A stretch of DNA of 41,219 nt from Chthoniobacteraceae bacterium (lineage in GTDB: Bacteria > Verrucomicrobiota > Verrucomicrobiia > Chthoniobacterales > Chthoniobacteraceae), in the NCBI GenBank assembly GCA_040081625.1, contig JBEBGD010000043.1, positions 1 through 41,219 on the forward strand. Reading direction: 5' to 3'. Below, in pieces: positions 1-9,420 of this stretch; positions within the stretch are counted from its first letter, which is position 1; each line of letters begins with the position of its first letter. The notes under the pieces were generated by a model, which saw nothing but the letters and a program-made list of their open reading frames with translations, was not told where the DNA came from and searched no databases. Position numbers and translations under genes: made by a program.

Positions 1-67
1 AGCCCGACTGCTGAGCCTCCGCGAGTCCACCCGCGCAAACGATCACGGCCACGACAGCGGAAAACAT
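1..67 (-). CDS. 5' fragment of a probable secreted protein running off the left edge
   Basis: ATG at 67 reads MFSAVVAVIVCAGGLAEAQQSG, a hydrophobic stretch ending in A-E-A like a Sec signal peptide. The frame stays open to the edge. An in-frame TTG at 133 is an alternative start. Confidence 0.4.
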   Translation of the reverse strand, partial: MFSAVVAVIVCAGGLAEAQQSG

Positions 68-160
68 CCGCCTGCAGCGGCTGCTGCCGACCGTCGCGTG
101 CGGGGCGTTGAGTGTTGAGCTTTGGGTGTTCAAGGACAGGCCGGTCTCCAGCGCGGGAGT

Positions 161-234
161 TGGAGCGGGCAAAGGGAATCGAACCCTCATGGCCAGCTTG
201 GAAGGCTGGAGCTTTACCATTAAGCTATGCCCGC
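161..234 (-). tRNA. tRNA-Gly (anticodon TCC), CCA encoded
   Basis: Reverse complement GCGGGCATAGCTTAATGGTAAAGCTCCAGCCTTCCAAGCTGGCCATGAGGGTTCGATTCCCTTTGCCCGCTCCA. Acceptor stem GCGGGCA/TGCCCGC, anticodon arm CCAGC-CTTCCAA-GCTGG, T-loop TTCGATT, 3' CCA. Confidence 0.98.
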
Positions 235-306
235 GCGGCGCGGCCAAGGTGTGTAGCTCCGGGAGGAAGGCAAGTGCGTTTTAGGTTCAGGATCGCACCG
301 GACGGC

Positions 307-3300
307 TCACAGCAGCAGTTCGTTGACGTTCATGTTTGTCCCAGCTTCGATCTCCGTCTTGAAGTCATTCGCAGGCCCGCTCGTCAGCACTACCGGCACC
401 CCGCCGACCGTGACTGAGACCACCCGCTGCGCGACGATGCCGTGGAAATCATCCTGCGCGAGCACCTGCCCGCCGATGATCACTCTCGCGATACTCGAAT
501 AGACGCTGGCCTTGTCCACGACCAGCGTGTCCGCCAGCACCACGTCGTCATCCGACCCGAAGAACCCGTCGCTGCCGGGATCCACTCCCGCCACGATGTT
601 CGTCGCCAGCACGCTGCCCTTGATCGTCACCCGGCCGATCTGCGCATCCGCGCTGCGGGCGTCGCCGCGCGGCTGGCTGACCGAGCCAGACTCGGAATAA
701 CCCGCGAGCACGTCGAGATACGCGACACTGCTCGCCGTGCTGCTGCCGATCGTGAGCGCGCCGATGGCCGGAGTGACCCTGCCATTGACCACCGGGCCGT
801 TGTTGCCCGCCGAGATGATCGCGCGGTTGGCGGCCGTGCCGCTCACATCGCCCAGGATCGTGAGCGACGCGATATCCTCATGGACCCGGATGCTTCCGCT
901 GTCGGCGAGTCCGTTGCCCAGATCGAGCCCGGCCCGGAAATCGCCGCGGATGATCATCTGCTGGATACGCCCGGCCAGCACGAAGCCGCTCTGCGACACG
1001 GCACCCGCCGACCCATCCACGCTTGCCGCCGGCGAATCGCCGCCGATAAGATCGCCGCGCACATCGAGCTTCGTGATCTGCCGGCCAGTCTGCACGCCGC
1101 CGCTGCCCGTGCCGAGGCCACCGCGGATGTCGCCGTAGATCAACCCGTAGGTGATCGTGCCGCCGGAGGTGACGAAATTTCCCGAAGCATCGAAGCCCGC
1201 GCCGCCGGTGATCGTGCCCGAGTCCCGGCCCGAACCACCGATCAAGTTGCCGCCCGTCGCCGCGCCGGCCGCGCCGAGCGTAATCTTCGGTATCGAGCCG
1301 CCGACTTGCACCGAGCCGCTGCGCTCGCCGCTCCCGCCGACGATGTCGCCGAGGATGGCGAGCGACCCGGGCGACCGGTTCACGATCACCACGCCCGTAT
1401 CCGCCGCGCCGCCGCCGATCAACGAACCATCGATCCGCAGCGAGCCCACCGTTCCACCGCTCGAGATCAACCCGGTATTGCGCACGCTGCCGCCGATCAC
1501 GTCGCCTTTGATCCGCACGCTCAGCACCCCGGCCGTCGCGAGGATTTCGCCCGAGTCCGAGCCCCGGGGCGTCACGCCGTCTGCTTCCAGGCCGACGCCG
1601 CCGCCGCCGATGATGTCGCCATCGACCGCGATCGCGTCGATGCGCTTGGCGACCACGCGGCCCGAGCGCGTGCCTTCACCACCGACGATGTCGCCGAGCA
1701 CTTTGAGGCTGCCGATCTTCGCGACGAAACTCGTGTTTCCATTGATCACGCCGCTGTCGTTCGCCGCGCCGCCGATGATCGAGCCGATTTTCGCCCGGCC
1801 GAGCGTGCCGGTGAAAAAGATGATGCCCGACTGCCGGCTCGCATCGCTCGGGTCGCCGCGCAGCGCGCCGCCGATGGTGAGGGAGTTGATGCTGCCGAGG
1901 TCGTCGCCGATCACCTGCACGACGCCCATCACGTCACCCGTCACGTTCAAGCCGTTCACGACCGAGAGGAACGAGGAGATGTTATCGGTCACTCCCGCCG
2001 GCAGCGTCGCCGTGCCGCGCATGCCGAGCGAATCGACCTTCAGCCGCCCGCTGATCGAAGGCGTGATGAGCAGGTCGCCCGCAGTGATTTTCCCGAGGTC
2101 GCCCCCGATGGTGATATTGCGGAAGTCCAGCCCGCGCGTGAATTGCAGCGTGTTCGTGTCCGGCACAGCGCCCCGGATGAAGCCCACGTCCACCTTCCCG
2201 TCGCTCGTCCGCCCGCTCGCCGCGAAGCCCGCCTGCGGCTCGGCGGTGACGCTCAGGTCCGTGCCGTTGAAGAGCGCCGGATTGTTGGTGAAGTCGATCA
2301 ATTGCAGCACGCGCCCGCCGATCGCGTTGACCGCGCTGAAGGTCAGCGTCACCGCGCTGAGTGAGCCCTGCGAAATCTTGATCGTCGCGAGGTCGCCATC
2401 CTCGTCGATGTAGAGCAGCGTCCGCGAGTTCACAAAGAGCAGGTCATCGTTGAAGACGATCGCGCGCCCTTCGGCTCGCGCGGCCGTCGCGTTGTTCGAG
2501 ACCGCGCTCACGCCCACGAAAAAGCTCTCCGTCGATTCGAAGGTCTGGTCGCCGATGATTTTCACCGCCACATTCACCGAACTCTGCCCGGCGCTGATCG
2601 TGAACTGCTGGTTGATCGCCGTGTAGTCCGCGCCCTGGATCGCCGTGCCGTTGCGCGTCGTCGCGACGAACGTCACGTCACTGTCCGCCGTCTTGGTCAA
2701 CTCGACGAGGAACGTCGCACTATTCTGACTTGTCCCGGACGAGGAGTTCCCCTCGACGGTCACCGTGTCCTGCACCACCACGCCGATGATCGAGTCGGTG
2801 CCGTTCAAGATCGTGCCCGTGCCCGTCCCCGCGAGCAGAGTCGCGTTCGCCGCGCCGGCGAGCACGACGGTGAACGCCTCATCCGCCTCGGCCCAAGTGT
2901 CGCCATTGACCACCACGCTGATCGTCCGCGTCGTGTCGCCTGGAGCAAAGGTGAGCGTGCCCGACGCCGCCACGAAGTCTGGCAGCGAGCCGCTGCTCAC
3001 CGCGGTGCCGGCGGCCGTCGCGTAGTTGACCGTCACCGCCCGATCGGTCGCGCCGAGCAGCGAGACGGTGAAGACGAGATTCGACGTGCCGCTGTCTGCC
3101 TCGACCACCGAAGCGCTATTGATCGTCAGCCCCGGGATCGGGTCGTCGTTGAGGATCGTGATCTTCGCGCCGCCGTCGGAGATCGTCACATTCATCGGAT
3201 TGCTCACCACGACCGTGAACGTCTCGTCCGACTCGCGGATGCTGTCGCCGACGATCGTGTAGCTCAGCTCCTTGCTCGTCTCGCCGGGCGCGAAAGTGAG

Positions 3301-6300
3301 CGTCGCCGGAAAATCCGCGGGCACGATGTAATCGACCCCGGCCGTCGCCGTGCCGGCGATCGTCGCCAGCGAGACGCTGATCGGCTTCTCGCTGTAAGAG
3401 CTGAGCTGGAGCCTCGGCTTGACCTGGAAGTCGGCGAGCGAACCTTCGGTGATCGACAGGTCGCCATTCGACGCACCGCCGGAGACCTGCGCGAAAACCA
3501 GCGTCGGCGGGCCGTCGTCATTGCGGATCGTGCCGATGCCCGTGTCGGCGGCGATCGTGATAGCCGTCGCGCCGGCCATCGCATTGTCGAGCTTCACCGA
3601 GAAGGTCTCGTCGGCCTCGTCGATGATGTCGCCCACCACCACGACTTCGATCGTCTTGCTCGTCTCGCCGGGCGCGAAAGCCAGCGTGCCCGTGCTCACG
3701 GGGTTGAAATCCCGCGCGAACACGCCCGAGATCACATCGCGCGCGGTGCCGTCGGCGAGAGTGCGGAAGTCCACGGTGATCGTCTCCGTCTCGTCCGCCG
3801 CAGTCGAACCGCCCGAGGTCAGTCGCACGGTGAACACGACCTTGTTCGTCGCGCTGGTCCCGCCCTCGCTCACGAGAGCGTCATTGATCGAGATCGTCGG
3901 GCGCGAATCGTTGTTCACGATCGTCGCATTCTCCTCGACGCTCGTTTGCACCATGCTGGCGGCGTCGATGAGCACGCCATTGACCGCGCTCGTGAGCCGC
4001 ACCTTGAAGGTTTCGTCGTTCTCGAAATGGCTGTCCGACCTCAGCGCCACCGAGATGGTCTTCTCCTCCTCGCCGGCACTGAAGATCAGCGTCCCGCTGG
4101 TCGCCGCGTAGTCGGGCCGCGCGCCGGCCGACACCGCAGTGCCATCCGCAGTCGTAAAGGCCACCGAGCCCGTGCGCGTGAGGTCGCCGCTGCGCACGAC
4201 TTTGAAAGTCACCGTATTGCCGACCCCGGATTGGATCTCCTCGACCACCGACGCCGCCACCGGCACCAGCATGAACCGCATCTCGTCATTGATGATCACG
4301 CCATTCGCCTCGCCGTCGGCGATCACCGCGTTGGTCGGCGAGCCGAGCCTGAGGAAGAACGTCTCGTCCGCCTCCGTGGTCGTGTCGCCGTTGATGATGA
4401 TATCCACGACCTGCGAGGTTACCCCGGGGGTAAACGTAAGCGTCCCACCCGCCGCCACGTAGTCCTGGCCAGCCAGTGCGCTCCCGTCCGCGGTGATGAA
4501 ATCGACCGTCACCGTCTGCGCCGCCGCGCTCGCGAGCGTCACCGTGAAGCTCAGCATCTTCGTCCCGCTGTCGCCCTCGATGACCGACGCGTCGGCGACA
4601 CTCAGCGAGCGGGCGTCGTTATCGAGGATCGTGCCTGTTGCGCTGCCGCGCGCGAGGGTCGCATTGATCTCGCCGCTGAGCGCGACCGTGAAGGTCTCGT
4701 TCTGCTCGTCGATCGTGTCACCGGCGACGTTCACCGCAAAGGTCCTCGTCGTCTGCCCGGGCGCAAACGTGACCGTCTGCATCAGCGCCGTGAAGTCCGT
4801 CCCCGGCGTCGCCGTGCCGGCCATCGTCGCCGCCTGCACCGTCACCATCTGCCCGCTCGGCGCGCTCAGCGTGATCGTGAAATTCATCGCCGCCGTCCCG
4901 CTGTCGCCCTCGGTCAGCGTCGCGTCGGCGATCGAAATCGTCGGCACAACGTCGTCGTCGGTGATCGTCGCCGTCGCCGAGGAATCCATCCCGATCTTCG
5001 CATTCGTCGCGCCGGTCAGCGAGACGATGAAGGTTTCATCCGCCTCGCTCAGCGTGTCGCCGAGGATGTTGAAGTTGATCGTCTTGCTCGTCTCGCCCGC
5101 GGCAAACGTCAGCGGGCTCGTCGTCACTGTCGTAAAGTCCGTCCCGGCGGTCGCCGTGCCGCCCGCGACCGCGAAGTTCACCGTCACCGGGAAGCCCGCA
5201 AGCGGCGCGCTCGAGAGCGTCACCGTCATGCTCTGCGAGGGCGAGCCGCTGTTGCCCTCGAGCACCGGTCCCGCGAAGCCGGTCAACGAAACCACGATGT
5301 CGTCGTCCTTGATCGTGCCAGTCGCCGAAGCCGTCGCGATCGTCGCGTTTACCGCATTCGAGAGCGTCCCGGTCACCGTCTCATCGCCTTCGACGATCGC
5401 GTCGCCGAGCACGTCCACCGTCACGGTCTGCGAGGTTTCACCCGGCGCAAACGTGAGGCTCACCGTGGTCGCTGCGTAGTCCGCGCCCGCGGTCGCGGTG
5501 CCATCTTGCGTGGCGAAATCTACCGTCACCGGCAGCTCCGAGCCGCCATTGAGATTGACGGTGAACACGAGCAACTGCGTCCCCGCGTCGCCCTCGAACA
5601 CGCTGCCCCCGACGAGGCTGAGCGTCGGCGCCGGATCGTCGTCGATGATCGTGCCTGTCGCGCCCGGCGTGCCGATCGACGCATTGCTCGGATTCGCGAG
5701 ACTGAGCCTGAAGGTCTGGTCGCCCTCGTTCACCCGATCGCCACGAATCGGGACGCTGATGGTCTGCTGGTTGGTGCCGGCGGCGAAGACCAGCGTGCCA
5801 TTGGTCGCCGTGTAGTCGATCAAGGTGCCGATCGAGACCGCAGTCGCGTCGGCGGTCGAATAGTTCACCGTCACCGTCGCACTGCCGACGCGGTTGAGCA
5901 GGTTCACCACGAAGACCATGTTTGCCGTGCCCGTATTACCCTCGACCAGGCTCGCGTCGGTGATGGTCAGCAGCCCTTCGTCGTCGATGATCGTGCCGAC
6001 GCCCTGCGCATCGGAGATCCCGTTGCCCGCGCCGAGCCCCGTCGCGTTGCTCAGGTTCACCGTGAATGTCTCGTCGTTCTCGTCAGTCGCGTCGCCGAGC
6101 ACCGTGACGTCGAACGTCTTCGTCGTCTCGCCCAGCGCGAAACTCAGCATCCCGGTCGCCGCGGTGTAGTCCTGGCCCGAGAGCGCGGTTCCGTTCGCCG
6201 TCGCGTAATCCACCGTCACGGCGCCCGTCGCCCGCAGCAGCGTCACGGTGAAGCGCATCGTCGCGCTCGTGCCCGCACCGCCTTCGATCACCTGCGCGTC

Positions 6301-8070
6301 GCCGATACCGAGGAAAACGTCGTCGTCGGTGATGTCGCCGCGGACCGATGTCTTGTTGATGACCGCGTTCGCGACGTTGGTGAAGTTGAGCAGGAAGAAC
6401 TCGTCCAACTCGCCGATCGTGTCGCCATTCACATCGACGATGATCTGCTTGGAAGTCTCGCCCGCGATGAAAGTCAGCGTCCCGCTGTTCGCCACGTAGT
6501 CCGGGCCGGCCGTCGCGGTTCCATTGGCCGTCGCGTAGGCGAGCGAGATCTCGTGAGTCGATGCCGTGTCGAGCGAGACCGTGAAGATCGCCTGTGTCGT
6601 GCCCGCATTGCCCTCGACGATCGTCACGTCGTTTACCGTCAGGCGCCGGTCGTCGTTGAGCAGCGTCACCGTCGCGCTTGGGTTCACGATGTTCACCGCC
6701 GCCGCACTACCGGTCACGTTGAACACGAAACTCTCGTCCAACTCATCGTCCACATCGCCCCTGATGGTGATGCTGAATGTCCGGCTCGTCTCGCCCGCGG
6801 CGAAGACTACGTCCTGCATCAGGGCGACGTAATCCTGCCCGGCGAGCGCCGTGCCATCGACCGTCTGCACATTCACCGTGATCGGCGAGCCGCTCGCGTG
6901 ATCGAGATTCAGCGTGAAGCTCTGCGTGCGCGTATTATTCCCCTCGGCCACCCGCACGCTCGTGCCCTGCGCGATCGTGAGCACCGGCGGCGCGTCATCG
7001 TCGATGATCGTCGCCGTGCCCTGCGCGCGGTCGAGCGTCCCGGAACTCGGGCCCGACAGCGTCATCGTGAAGGTCTCGTTCGGCTCGAAGACCGAGTCCT
7101 GCGCGATGAGAATCGACACCTGCTTCTCCGTCTCGCCGATTTCAAAAGTCACCGTGCCCGACGCGCCCGTGTAGTCCTCCCCGGAGATCGCGGTTCCGTT
7201 CGCCGTGCTGTAGTTGACCGTGACCTGCTCGGTCGCCGCCCGCGAGAGCGACACCGTGAAGGTCGCATTCACAGGCGTGCCGCCATTGGTGCCTTCGGTC
7301 GCCGACGTGTCGCTGACCGAGATCGTCAGTCCCCCACCCCCATCGTCATTGCGGATCGTCCCGGTCGCCTGCAGCGGCGTCGTCGGGAGAATCACGTTCT
7401 CCGGCATATCCACATTCAGCGTGAACGTCTCGTCCGCTTCGTCATCCTGGTCGCCATTCACGACGACCAGGAAGTCCTTGCTCGTCAGCCCGGCCTCGAT
7501 CGTGAACGCCTGGTCGATCGAAACGAAATCATCGGAGGTCGCGGAGCCGAATGCCGTGGTCACGCGCACCATCACATCCACGCCCGAGACCCGATCGAGC
7601 GAGAATGCGAACGCGAAATTGCCCGGTCCGGCGTTGCCCTCGAACTGGGTCGCGTTCGACACCGAAAGCACCGGCTGAGCGTCGTCGTTGAGGATGGTCG
7701 TCGATGCGGAACCGTTCGGCCCGACCGCCGCGTCGCCGACCGGGTTGCTCAGCTCCACCGAAAACGTCTCATCGAGTTCGTAAAGCGAGTCGCCCGTCAC
7801 CGTCACCATCACCTGCTGCGGCGTCGTATCGTCCGACGCAAACGTCAGCGTCCCAGTCAGCGGGCTGAAGTCCGTCCCGCCGAAAGCCGACCCGTCGATC
7901 GTCGCGTAATCGACCGTCACCCCACCCGGCACCGGCTCGGAGAGCGTCACCGTGAAGGCCAGCGTCTGGGTGCCACCGTCGCCCTCGGTCACGGTCATCG
8001 GACCACTGATATTTAGGAAAGCGGCAGGAGCGTAACGGGCCTCGAGGGGTTCAATCAGCGCAGATTTCAT
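307..8070 (-). CDS. Giant surface protein/adhesin: N-terminal LEPR-XLL-like motif, 16 Calx-beta repeats, Gly-rich beta-helix-like C-terminus
   Basis: Start chosen at ATG 8070 (MKSALIEPLEARYAPA). ~115-aa units recur with EGxxG, V(N/D)YxTxxGTA, GTLTFxxGET, DxxxExDETF and TIxxDD. Confidence 0.92.
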   Translation of the reverse strand: MKSALIEPLEARYAPAAFLNISGPMTVTEGDGGTQTLAFTVTLSEPVPGGVTVDYATIDGSAFGGTDFSPLTGTLTFASDDTTPQQVMVTVTGDSLYELDETFSVELSNPVGDAAVGPNGSASTTILNDDAQPVLSVSNATQFEGNAGPGNFAFAFSLDRVSGVDVMVRVTTAFGSATSDDFVSIDQAFTIEAGLTSKDFLVVVNGDQDDEADETFTLNVDMPENVILPTTPLQATGTIRNDDGGGGLTISVSDTSATEGTNGGTPVNATFTVSLSRAATEQVTVNYSTANGTAISGEDYTGASGTVTFEIGETEKQVSILIAQDSVFEPNETFTMTLSGPSSGTLDRAQGTATIIDDDAPPVLTIAQGTSVRVAEGNNTRTQSFTLNLDHASGSPITVNVQTVDGTALAGQDYVALMQDVVFAAGETSRTFSITIRGDVDDELDESFVFNVTGSAAAVNIVNPSATVTLLNDDRRLTVNDVTIVEGNAGTTQAIFTVSLDTASTHEISLAYATANGTATAGPDYVANSGTLTFIAGETSKQIIVDVNGDTIGELDEFFLLNFTNVANAVINKTSVRGDITDDDVFLGIGDAQVIEGGAGTSATMRFTVTLLRATGAVTVDYATANGTALSGQDYTAATGMLSFALGETTKTFDVTVLGDATDENDETFTVNLSNATGLGAGNGISDAQGVGTIIDDEGLLTITDASLVEGNTGTANMVFVVNLLNRVGSATVTVNYSTADATAVSIGTLIDYTATNGTLVFAAGTNQQTISVPIRGDRVNEGDQTFRLSLANPSNASIGTPGATGTIIDDDPAPTLSLVGGSVFEGDAGTQLLVFTVNLNGGSELPVTVDFATQDGTATAGADYAATTVSLTFAPGETSQTVTVDVLGDAIVEGDETVTGTLSNAVNATIATASATGTIKDDDIVVSLTGFAGPVLEGNSGSPSQSMTVTLSSAPLAGFPVTVNFAVAGGTATAGTDFTTVTTSPLTFAAGETSKTINFNILGDTLSEADETFIVSLTGATNAKIGMDSSATATITDDDVVPTISIADATLTEGDSGTAAMNFTITLSAPSGQMVTVQAATMAGTATPGTDFTALMQTVTFAPGQTTRTFAVNVAGDTIDEQNETFTVALSGEINATLARGSATGTILDNDARSLSVADASVIEGDSGTKMLSFTVTLASAAAQTVTVDFITADGSALAGQDYVAAGGTLTFTPGVTSQVVDIIINGDTTTEADETFFLRLGSPTNAVIADGEANGVIINDEMRFMLVPVAASVVEEIQSGVGNTVTFKVVRSGDLTRTGSVAFTTADGTAVSAGARPDYAATSGTLIFSAGEEEKTISVALRSDSHFENDETFKVRLTSAVNGVLIDAASMVQTSVEENATIVNNDSRPTISINDALVSEGGTSATNKVVFTVRLTSGGSTAADETETITVDFRTLADGTARDVISGVFARDFNPVSTGTLAFAPGETSKTIEVVVVGDIIDEADETFSVKLDNAMAGATAITIAADTGIGTIRNDDGPPTLVFAQVSGGASNGDLSITEGSLADFQVKPRLQLSSYSEKPISVSLATIAGTATAGVDYIVPADFPATLTFAPGETSKELSYTIVGDSIRESDETFTVVVSNPMNVTISDGGAKITILNDDPIPGLTINSASVVEADSGTSNLVFTVSLLGATDRAVTVNYATAAGTAVSSGSLPDFVAASGTLTFAPGDTTRTISVVVNGDTWAEADEAFTVVLAGAANATLLAGTGTGTILNGTDSIIGVVVQDTVTVEGNSSSGTSQNSATFLVELTKTADSDVTFVATTRNGTAIQGADYTAINQQFTISAGQSSVNVAVKIIGDQTFESTESFFVGVSAVSNNATAARAEGRAIVFNDDLLFVNSRTLLYIDEDGDLATIKISQGSLSAVTLTFSAVNAIGGRVLQLIDFTNNPALFNGTDLSVTAEPQAGFAASGRTSDGKVDVGFIRGAVPDTNTLQFTRGLDFRNITIGGDLGKITAGDLLITPSISGRLKVDSLGMRGTATLPAGVTDNISSFLSVVNGLNVTGDVMGVVQVIGDDLGSINSLTIGGALRGDPSDASRQSGIIFFTGTLGRAKIGSIIGGAANDSGVINGNTSFVAKIGSLKVLGDIVGGEGTRSGRVVAKRIDAIAVDGDIIGGGGVGLEADGVTPRGSDSGEILATAGVLSVRIKGDVIGGSVRNTGLISSGGTVGSLRIDGSLIGGGAADTGVVIVNRSPGSLAILGDIVGGSGERSGSVQVGGSIPKITLGAAGAATGGNLIGGSGRDSGTITGGAGFDASGNFVTSGGTITYGLIYGDIRGGLGTGSGGVQTGRQITKLDVRGDLIGGDSPAASVDGSAGAVSQSGFVLAGRIQQMIIRGDFRAGLDLGNGLADSGSIRVHEDIASLTILGDVSGTAANRAIISAGNNGPVVNGRVTPAIGALTIGSSTASSVAYLDVLAGYSESGSVSQPRGDARSADAQIGRVTIKGSVLATNIVAGVDPGSDGFFGSDDDVVLADTLVVDKASVYSSIARVIIGGQVLAQDDFHGIVAQRVVSVTVGGVPVVLTSGPANDFKTEIEAGTNMNVNELLL
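2443..8020 (-). repeat. 16 tandem Calx-beta domain repeats (protein-level, diverged at DNA level)
   Basis: 16 repeat-terminal motifs counted: TILNDD, TIRNDD, TIIDDD, TLLNDD, DITDDD, TIIDDE, TIIDDD, TIKDDD, TITDDD, TILDND, VIINDE, TIVNND, TIRNDD, TILNDD, TILNGTD, IVFNDD. Confidence 0.85.
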
Positions 8071-8108
8071 AGATCGGGAAAGTGGGCGGCGAAGGGGAAA
8101 GGTGGCCG

Positions 8109-8136
8109 ATACTAGAGTCGAGCAGGGAAGAATCAA
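8109..8136 (-). promoter_or_regulatory. Putative sigma70 promoter of the giant protein gene
   Basis: The minus strand reads TTGATT-N16-TAGTAT about 40 nt upstream of ATG 8070. Confidence 0.35.
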
Positions 8137-8154
8137 GTGGTCGCCATAAACTTT

Positions 8155-9282
8155 TTAGCCCGCGCGCCCATTTTTCCCGGCATCAATCTGTCCACGCCAG
8201 GTAATCCACCTCCATTTTCCGCCCCACCAGACGCGCCGGGAAAGCCAGCTCAACGCCCAGCAAGCCGTTTCCACCAGCTCCGCTATCAGGCTTAACCCGA
8301 CATGCGGCCCAAGTTTCACTCCCAGCCGTCGCGCCTGCCCGGCCACGGAGCCGAGGTGCAACACCGCCGCGGCCACCAGACACGCGAGCGTCATCCAGCT
8401 CGGGAAAATCACCGCCACCAGCAGGCTAAGCGAAAACCCGCGCGTCACGATCATCCCCAGCGCTCCCATCGGCGTCGCGACACGATACGTCACCGCCACC
8501 CGGCGCTGATGCCGCCAATAATCGCGCCAGCCGATCGGATCGACCTCCATCGAGAGAATCGCCTCGCTCAGCCGCACCCTTCTTCCCTTCCCCACGAGCA
8601 ACGCACCGAGCCGGCGATCCTCCGCCAACTCACACGCGAGCGCTTCCCAGCCGCCGATCGCCTCGATGTCGCTCCGCCGCACCGCGGTGCATGCGCCGAG
8701 CGTGAACGTCATCCGTCCAAACGCCCGCACCACCTCCAGCCCCGGCCACAAAGTCTGGATGATAGCCAGCGCATCCATCCACTGCGGCCACGTCTTCATC
8801 CCGGTGAAATGATAGCCAGCCGTGAGCACGTCCGCACCGCCCGCGCTCCACTCGCGGCGGAAGGCATCCGCAAACTCCGCGTCGATCAGCGCTTCCGCGT
8901 CCGCGAGAATCCAGCGCGAATGCGTCGCGCCCGGCGTCATCGCCAGCAGCTTCGCCACCTTCGGATTCGCCGCCGCTCCCCGCTCGCAAACGACCACCTT
9001 CACGCACGACCACCGCGCCGCCAGCACCCGGCACAACTCAACCTCCGCCGACGCCTCCTCGACGCCAAAAATCACTTCGTCCCCAACTCCGACGCACCCG
9101 AGAAACTCCTCCAACTTCCGCGCAATCCCCGGCACGCCCGGCTTCAACGGCCGCAGCCACGTCACGGGATCCATCCCGCCGTCCCCCACGCGCACGCGCT
9201 TTCGGCGCGCCGCGAGCCACACGGCCGCCCGGTGCAGGCACATCACTCCCAGCGGCAAGGCCAGAAACACCCCGGACTCCAT
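8155..9282 (-). CDS. GT2/GT21-family glycosyltransferase (ceramide glucosyltransferase/HpnI-like)
   Basis: N-terminal TM, LRPLKPG, NPKV, ILADAE, GAC, LAEDxxLG, HQRRV and C-terminal TMs ending in VWWGG. Real start taken as ATG 9282; the ORF extension to 9834 overlaps dsbD. Confidence 0.8.
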   Translation of the reverse strand: MESGVFLALPLGVMCLHRAAVWLAARRKRVRVGDGGMDPVTWLRPLKPGVPGIARKLEEFLGCVGVGDEVIFGVEEASAEVELCRVLAARWSCVKVVVCERGAAANPKVAKLLAMTPGATHSRWILADAEALIDAEFADAFRREWSAGGADVLTAGYHFTGMKTWPQWMDALAIIQTLWPGLEVVRAFGRMTFTLGACTAVRRSDIEAIGGWEALACELAEDRRLGALLVGKGRRVRLSEAILSMEVDPIGWRDYWRHQRRVAVTYRVATPMGALGMIVTRGFSLSLLVAVIFPSWMTLACLVAAAVLHLGSVAGQARRLGVKLGPHVGLSLIAELVETACWALSWLSRRVWWGGKWRWITWRGQIDAGKNGRAG

Positions 9283-9420
9283 CAGCGCGCGATTCGATGT
9301 TCGATATTCACTCCCCGCACGCTCCGCGCAGACGCGCCCGCTGCCAACGCCCGATTTTCCCCGCTCCTCGGCGAACCGGCTCCTTGCAACCTGCCGCGAC
9401 TCTGCTGTCCTCTCCCAACC

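Noticed and set aside
161..234. tRNA-Gly as an integration site for a genomic island
   Set aside because: No integrase and no duplicate of the tRNA 3' end seen in the window. Anything integrated at its 3' end would extend off the left edge and cannot be assessed.
112..417. 101-aa plus-strand ORF
   Set aside because: It overlaps the tRNA-Gly and the end of the giant gene on the opposite strand; spurious.
442..8016. Long plus-strand ORFs opposite the giant protein gene (442-2364, 1151-2413, 3946-8016)
   Set aside because: Arg/His/Pro- or Ser/Val-rich antisense shadows of a high-GC3 gene, with no recognisable motifs.
2443..8020. Regularly recurring DNA motifs as a CRISPR array or DNA tandem repeat
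   Set aside because: They are degenerate, in-frame ~350-bp coding repeats of Calx-beta domains. There are no identical repeats with unique spacers and no cas genes.
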